A stretch of DNA of 64,000 nt, from IMG/VR virus record IMGVR_UViG_3300045988_131117; one strand, written 5' to 3'. Source of the DNA: a virus. Below are positions 59,107 to 64,000 of this stretch, in pieces. The position numbers and the translations under genes are program-made. Below the pieces are notes generated by a model. The model worked only from the letters and a program-made list of their open reading frames with translations. It was not told where the DNA came from and did not search any database. Numbering within the stretch: position 1 is the first letter of the stretch; the number at the start of each line of letters is the position of its first letter.

Positions 59107-60059
59107 TGTGATATAAGTTTATGTTTTTCTATAAATTCCCTGAATCTGATATCCGTGACATCAAGCACAAACCCAGCAGCACCAGCATGTCCTCCACCAC
59201 CGAATCTCTTACTTACTTCACAGCAATCCGCGCTGTCTTCCACGCATTCATAAAGAGAGAACCTAACCTTACCACCTGGCATGATACAAAATGGCATAAG
59301 GGCTTTAATTTTTCTACCGTCTAACCAGTCTCGTGTAAGAGAATCAAATACTTTAGAACTAAATTCCGTGGTATTCATCGCCACTACCTTCACCTCATCG
59401 ACGTAAGCTTCAAACGAATACGCACTTACCTCTTGTTCGTTTTTACCAGCCATGTAATTAATTATAGCACGTCCTTCTTTAGCGAGATCATAAAAAATAA
59501 GATCAATTTCATTGTCCTTCATATCTTCTTTAAAATGGTCATACAAATACGACAATGCTATTAATACATTGAGTCTTATTTTTGATCTCAAGGCATACTG
59601 GATAGCTACTACCGTATCCCAACCTAATTCAGATTCTTTATTCCACACATCGTAGTCTGACAGGCACCGGACGATCGCCGGCACCTTCCCCATAAGCAGG
59701 TCGGCGGCAAGTGCGCACGCACCAGTACCGACTCTCCTCAACCCTGGAACTACGAACCCCCATGTCTTACTGTCCTCAATAATTCCCTTATGGTGATCTA
59801 TCCACATCAGGCTCTTTCCTTCATCAAGCCACTTTTTGAAAACCGTTTTAGAATCGGCTCCGAAAGACACGTCAAGAACATAAACAGCATCTAAGTCACG
59901 CACCTTGCTGGTAACTTTCTTAACATCATCTTCATACGAATACGGGATATAAACAACATCCTTGTTTTTACTGTGTTCATACATAGTTGCGATGGCTGCC
60001 GACACAACGCCATCTAAATCCGATTTATGATAAACTATCGCTGTTTTCTTTACTTTCAT
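59103..60059 (-). CDS. DHH-DHHA1 family phosphoesterase (NrnA/RecJ-core-like, 318 aa)
   Basis: Motif I YHKSDLDGVVSA, motif II VLDVSF, motif III WIDHHKG (DHH) and DHHA1 GGGGHAGAAGF. Confidence 0.7.
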   Translation of the reverse strand: MKVKKTAIVYHKSDLDGVVSAAIATMYEHSKNKDVVYIPYSYEDDVKKVTSKVRDLDAVYVLDVSFGADSKTVFKKWLDEGKSLMWIDHHKGIIEDSKTWGFVVPGLRRVGTGACALAADLLMGKVPAIVRCLSDYDVWNKESELGWDTVVAIQYALRSKIRLNVLIALSYLYDHFKEDMKDNEIDLIFYDLAKEGRAIINYMAGKNEQEVSAYSFEAYVDEVKVVAMNTTEFSSKVFDSLTRDWLDGRKIKALMPFCIMPGGKVRFSLYECVEDSADCCEVSKRFGGGGHAGAAGFVLDVTDIRFREFIEKHKLISQ

Positions 60060-60900
60060 GATATAAGCTTGTATATTTGATACTACCGTCTTTTAATGTT
60101 TCTATTTTTATAACATCACTATATGAATTGAAATTCTGATCTTTATCAATCCTTATATTCAGCACATCATCTACGGTTGCAGTTTTTCCATCATCGGTTT
60201 CAATCTTATAAAAATCTTTTAAAGTGATTTTTATATTAAGACCAACCCCATATGGATTTTCAAGGATATATATATGATCGTTGTTTAGAATAACTATTCC
60301 TTCACTTGTATGTTCTTTGGACAACACATAATTCAAATCAAGGTCTTTACCAACAAACGTGATAACATCCATATATTCAACGCCGGCCTTCTCAGCACAT
60401 ACCTTATCCGAATCAGAGAACTGCCCTGGTAGGCCACTGGCGTCCCCGACCATCAACGAACATCCCTTAAGTTGACTAAAGTTCATACCACGCATTACCG
60501 TGTCTTTACACTTCATAAGAATATCATCAATCATGCCAGTGTTAGGCTTCCTCATCGGATTTTGTTCGTCATTTGAATAACACAACCTTTTTTCATATAG
60601 GACGCCTCTTATGCCTCTCTTTACCGCCAGATCATGTACGGACCTCAGTACGTATTCTATCTTAGCTTCAATATCAGCTCCAGAAACAAACCCAGCTTCT
60701 ACTCCTCCTTGATTGCTTACGATAGCAAATACCTTAACACCGTTCTCCTGCATGAGGTCAAGAGCCTTATTCACCACATCCATCTTAATCCTCATATCTG
60801 TCAAGTCTGTAGCGAACGTATTCCCAGAAGCGGTTTCTATAAGCGTCCCGTCAAAATCGAATAGCAGTATTCTTTTGTTTTTAATATCTACATCGTTCAT
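60025..60900 (-). CDS. HAD-superfamily phosphatase, polynucleotide 3'-phosphatase (PNKP)-like N-terminal domain with an unassigned C-terminal region
   Basis: HAD motif I LFDFDGTLI, motif II IVSNQGG and motif III/IV LMVGDASG. No P-loop kinase domain. Confidence 0.6.
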   Translation of the reverse strand: MNDVDIKNKRILLFDFDGTLIETASGNTFATDLTDMRIKMDVVNKALDLMQENGVKVFAIVSNQGGVEAGFVSGADIEAKIEYVLRSVHDLAVKRGIRGVLYEKRLCYSNDEQNPMRKPNTGMIDDILMKCKDTVMRGMNFSQLKGCSLMVGDASGLPGQFSDSDKVCAEKAGVEYMDVITFVGKDLDLNYVLSKEHTSEGIVILNNDHIYILENPYGVGLNIKITLKDFYKIETDDGKTATVDDVLNIRIDKDQNFNSYSDVIKIETLKDGSIKYTSLYHESKENSDSLS

Positions 60901-61310
60901 AATTTTTCACTCCTACTCTTTTTTATCACCCTAAGCTGAAGACGGAATAGATTACTGTCTTCTTTTATAATATCATACACAGCATAAGAATTTTCTCCTA
61001 TATTCCATCCAAGATAATCGAGCAGGTCTTTTAAGTAAATCCTCTTGTATTTTACACCAAGGTTATTTACCTTAAACGATCTCTCGTCTTCAACATCAGA
61101 AGTAGCCAGATAAAAGACCGTATTTTCAACTCCTTCAAATATCTTCCCTTCTTCTAAGCCGATAACAACCGCATCCGTTACCCCCATCCAATTCAAATTA
61201 TCTACAGAGATAGTCATTATCTTACTTTTGCTGATTGACAACTTCCGGATCTTGCTTTCTTTAGTTTTAGATCCTAAAAAATCCTTACTGTTAAAAAAAT
61301 CTACTTTCAT
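60897..61310 (-). CDS. hypothetical protein (137 aa)
   Basis: ORF only. Confidence 0.4.
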   Translation of the reverse strand: MKVDFFNSKDFLGSKTKESKIRKLSISKSKIMTISVDNLNWMGVTDAVVIGLEEGKIFEGVENTVFYLATSDVEDERSFKVNNLGVKYKRIYLKDLLDYLGWNIGENSYAVYDIIKEDSNLFRLQLRVIKKSRSEKL

Positions 61311-61390
61311 GGCTATAATATTTTATATTGATGTTGCAAACATACATAATAATATCAACAATACTATTTAAAAACAGTTAAAATATGATA

Positions 61391-62503
61391 TTATAATGCT
61401 GGTAATTTTTTAAACTGCTCCGGACTTACTTCGGATATGGTTCCACGAAAAGCGAGACGCGAACCGTAGTATGGATACATGCTTGAGGCATCGTAAAACG
61501 CATCCACAAACGCCACACCGTCATACGAATACGAGTCGTAAGCGGAGCGCGCCAAAACAAGGTTGACGTCCGATGATTGATCATAGTGATCTGAATAATG
61601 TGTCGTTTCGCTGCCACCTACATTCGTTGGTACCATATCGAAAAAAGGACCGTTTTCGGCTGCGATGTTCGTTATCCAGCCGTCGGAAGTCGCGGCGTTC
61701 ACGTTGCGAGTCGAACCGTCAGGATCGGTTATTTTCCAAACTCGGTTATTGATTTCCACACCGTCCACCCATTCGAAGATACCGCCGAAAACACCTTCCA
61801 AGCCTAAGCCTGAAACGTATTTAGAGTTTTCGTTTTTGGTATCCACATTACCGATCTCGTTACTGCTGCCAGTTGTTGTAGCCGGATCAGAGATTGCTCC
61901 ACCGGTTCCTAATACAGCTTGCGTGTTTCGTGTTTTGTACTTAGCATACAACATCATAGCAATCACGCAATGTTGCTGGAAATCTATCACCTGGTATCCG
62001 GTACCACGTGCTTTTGCGTAACTTCTGAAATCAGATAATGATACGTTCGTCGTAGGAGTAACATCACTCCAGCTATATAATCTATTCAAAGATACATATC
62101 CTTTATATGCTCCAACAAGAGATTGCGGGACATGGATGTAAGTGCCATCGATATTATGATCAGCAAAATGATAAAGAAATCTATTATCATCCACCTTATA
62201 CCATTTATACCAAAATTCTAAGAAAACGACCATCACATCACCTTCTTGTCCGGTAAGAACAGCCCTACTGCCATCAAGATATAAGTTGCTGTCATTATTT
62301 CCCAATCTACATACAAAAACCTCTCTTCCTCCCGCAGCGCTCTTGCAAAGAACTCTATAAAAGCCACTGGTAATCAAACGATATAAAAAATCACTGTCTT
62401 CGCTTATTGTTATATTAGCCGGATCTGATACTGATTTATCAAAAACCATAAAATTATCAGTAGGGAGATCGCCCCCTATTTTGTCAAAAAATCTTCTTCT
62501 CAT
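61391..62503 (-). CDS. MRRRF-N-terminus family protein (about 370 aa from ATG at 62503)
   Basis: The internal Met gives MRRRFFDKIGG.... Beta-rich Ser/Thr/Gly/Asn composition. First gene of the minus block beside a divergent promoter region. Confidence 0.5.
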   Translation of the reverse strand: MRRRFFDKIGGDLPTDNFMVFDKSVSDPANITISEDSDFLYRLITSGFYRVLCKSAAGGREVFVCRLGNNDSNLYLDGSRAVLTGQEGDVMVVFLEFWYKWYKVDDNRFLYHFADHNIDGTYIHVPQSLVGAYKGYVSLNRLYSWSDVTPTTNVSLSDFRSYAKARGTGYQVIDFQQHCVIAMMLYAKYKTRNTQAVLGTGGAISDPATTTGSSNEIGNVDTKNENSKYVSGLGLEGVFGGIFEWVDGVEINNRVWKITDPDGSTRNVNAATSDGWITNIAAENGPFFDMVPTNVGGSETTHYSDHYDQSSDVNLVLARSAYDSYSYDGVAFVDAFYDASSMYPYYGSRLAFRGTISEVSPEQFKKLPAL

Positions 62504-62621
62504 AATTGTCTTATATTTTAGGTCAAATACAGCTTTTAATTTATAAACATGAATAATATGATTTTCGTGTAATAAATATATCTTTGTCAAGATATTAATT
62601 AACTACAAAATTATTTATGTC

Positions 62622-63278
62622 ATGACAGAAATGAAAATAGGTTTTGTAACATTCAATCCGGGATCAGGTGACGGTGATCAGGCGGTTACCGTATCAGGTG
62701 AAAAATACGAAGGTCGTGTACAGCGTACGTTACAAGTAGAATTTGGTGCCGAATCCGGGGGTGTTAAGAAAAGTGCTACCATAAACCAAGCTCCGGTAGC
62801 TGAGTTCGTAAAAATAGATCCTACTGCATCTGTAGGGAAAGAAGGTGGTACTGTAACAATCAACGGTACAAGTAACTCAACTAAATTAACGTTCTCCTTA
62901 ACTCCAGACGAGACTCATCCTCTGACGTTGGAAATACCTGCCTCCTATCAGGCGGCAGGCAAGGCTACCAACAACGGCGCTGTTATTGCCGACGACCCTG
63001 GTGCAACAGGGGGCTTTGCTTTCAGTATCGTATTCTCCAATATTGCTGCGAACACTGATGTAAACGATCTGGTAAATACTCTTAAGGTGACGGCCGCTGG
63101 TGGTCAGACAGCTAATACGGTTATTACCCAGACAGCAGGTGATCCGTTCTTGGAGATAGACAAGGAGGTAATTAACTTGGATGCAAACGGTACTCCTCAG
63201 ACTATCAATGTTAATGCAAACATCAGGTGGACTATCACGCAAGCTGTTTCTAAGTTGGTAAGGAAAGTAATGAAATAA
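62622..63278 (+). CDS. Ig-like/BACON-like beta-sandwich protein (218 aa), candidate virion decoration or structural protein
   Basis: Thr/Gly/Ala/Asn/Val-rich repetitive beta-strand composition (GTVTINGTSNSTKLTF...TLKVTAAGGQTANTVITQT). Confidence 0.4.
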   Translation: MTEMKIGFVTFNPGSGDGDQAVTVSGEKYEGRVQRTLQVEFGAESGGVKKSATINQAPVAEFVKIDPTASVGKEGGTVTINGTSNSTKLTFSLTPDETHPLTLEIPASYQAAGKATNNGAVIADDPGATGGFAFSIVFSNIAANTDVNDLVNTLKVTAAGGQTANTVITQTAGDPFLEIDKEVINLDANGTPQTINVNANIRWTITQAVSKLVRKVMK

Positions 63279-63286
63279 CAATTACT

Positions 63287-63330
63287 TACAGAAAAAGAAA
63301 AGGGGCGTCTATTTGGCGTCCCTTTTTTCT
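63287..63330. terminator. bidirectional rho-independent terminator
   Basis: AAGGGGCGTC / GCGTCCCTT stem followed by TTTTTTCT; lies between convergent genes. Confidence 0.55.
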
Positions 63331-63578
63331 ATGCATTGTATGTAGTATTTATCTTTTTGCCTACTGACAAAAATCTTTTTTAAAATCATCTGTTTTCTGA
63401 TATGGACTCTTTTCCCATCATCTAATTCTCTCCATATTTCATTAAAGATCAAATCTATTAATTCCATAACCTTCTTATCGGAGACAAGATTCTTCCTACC
63501 GGGGCTGACCCATCCATCATCAGTCATCTTACCGGCTATCCTATTAGCTATCCTGCTTAATTCACGTGGGGTGCTCAT
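63309..63578 (-). CDS. hypothetical protein (89 aa)
   Basis: ORF only. Confidence 0.4.
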   Translation of the reverse strand: MSTPRELSRIANRIAGKMTDDGWVSPGRKNLVSDKKVMELIDLIFNEIWRELDDGKRVHIRKQMILKKIFVSRQKDKYYIQCIEKRDAK

Positions 63579-63982
63579 TTTAATTTGTTTTTAAATATTC
63601 TACCTTTTTCACACTGAAGTATGCAGTCTCTCATGGGATGATCTTGTTCGTGATCGTCACACATCGGAAATTCTTTTCCATAGGGGAAAGCAATGTGCGG
63701 GCACTGCGCCCTGAACGCATCCCAGGCCGACTTCCTCACAGCCTCAGCTCCGGCACGCACGCCTTTCTCTCTTTCCTTGGCTGGGTCAGCATACACGTTT
63801 GAAATAGCTCTTTTCTTCCAAGTAAGCATATTGTAGTAAAACTTATCCACCAGTTTCCTACCCACTACATCAAACTTCTGTCTATGAATTAAAGGTGCTA
63901 CCTTAACGACGTTCTTCCTATTTTTACTAACATCGACATAAATCAGCCCGGCATAAGAAGGGACTTCACTTACGTCAATCAT
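63575..63982 (-). CDS. hypothetical protein (135 aa) with His/Cys/Asp-rich C-terminus
   Basis: ORF whose start lies near the window end; CPHIAFPYGKEFPMCDDHEQDHPMRDCILQC cluster. Confidence 0.4.
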   Translation of the reverse strand: MIDVSEVPSYAGLIYVDVSKNRKNVVKVAPLIHRQKFDVVGRKLVDKFYYNMLTWKKRAISNVYADPAKEREKGVRAGAEAVRKSAWDAFRAQCPHIAFPYGKEFPMCDDHEQDHPMRDCILQCEKGRIFKNKLK

Positions 63983-64000
63983 ATTAGGCGGACAGGCGTA

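Noticed and set aside
1-64000. Alternative genetic code (stop-codon reassignment)
   Set aside because: The very long ORFs (878, 752, 2,140 and 566 aa) are intact under the standard code, and no suppressor tRNA was found.
1-64000. Integrase, attachment site or lysogeny module
   Set aside because: No tyrosine or serine recombinase motifs or repressor-like HTH genes were recognised, and tRNA-derived att sites are not supported.

Overview
The window reads as dsDNA phage sequence, and host-type signals point to a Bacteroidota host. A plus-strand block (1–20,900) carries three very large ORFs of 878, 752 and 2,140 aa, plus small genes, and ends at a long convergent terminator hairpin (20,967–21,013). 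A minus-strand block (21,016–62,590) is dense with small genes and a DNA-metabolism module: an SF2 DEAH-type helicase, a Cas4/RecB-like PD-(D/E)XK nuclease with an Fe-S cysteine cluster, a DnaB-like helicase, a zinc-ribbon/TOPRIM primase-like protein, a second PD-(D/E)XK-like protein, and a C5 cytosine methyltransferase split by a frameshift in an A8/T8 tract. The block also holds an NfeD-like / SPFH-flotillin / acyl-carrier-protein cluster and an AAA ATPase. An accessory island carries an IS1595-family transposase, a DUF1508 gene, a Bacteroidota-type surface lipoprotein and an outer-membrane beta-barrel protein. Near the distal end sit a DHH-DHHA1 phosphoesterase, a HAD (PNKP-like) 3'-phosphatase and an HExxH protein. 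The most unusual signal is three short tRNA-like minihelix elements on the minus strand. Each has a canonical GGTTCGATTCYGG T-arm and an acceptor-like stem of varying sequence but no D-arm, and each ends 21–23 nt upstream of a start codon. Other notable points are an iteron region with about 29-bp periodicity (likely ori/regulatory), a roughly 1.9-kb low-coding repeat-rich region, four proteins sharing an N-terminal MRRRF motif, a C-terminal DUF2829 (Tad2-like) domain, and a Gly/Cys/Asn-rich membrane coiled-coil protein. No canonical tRNA, rRNA, CRISPR array or integrase was found. Some genes carry Shine-Dalgarno sequences and others do not.
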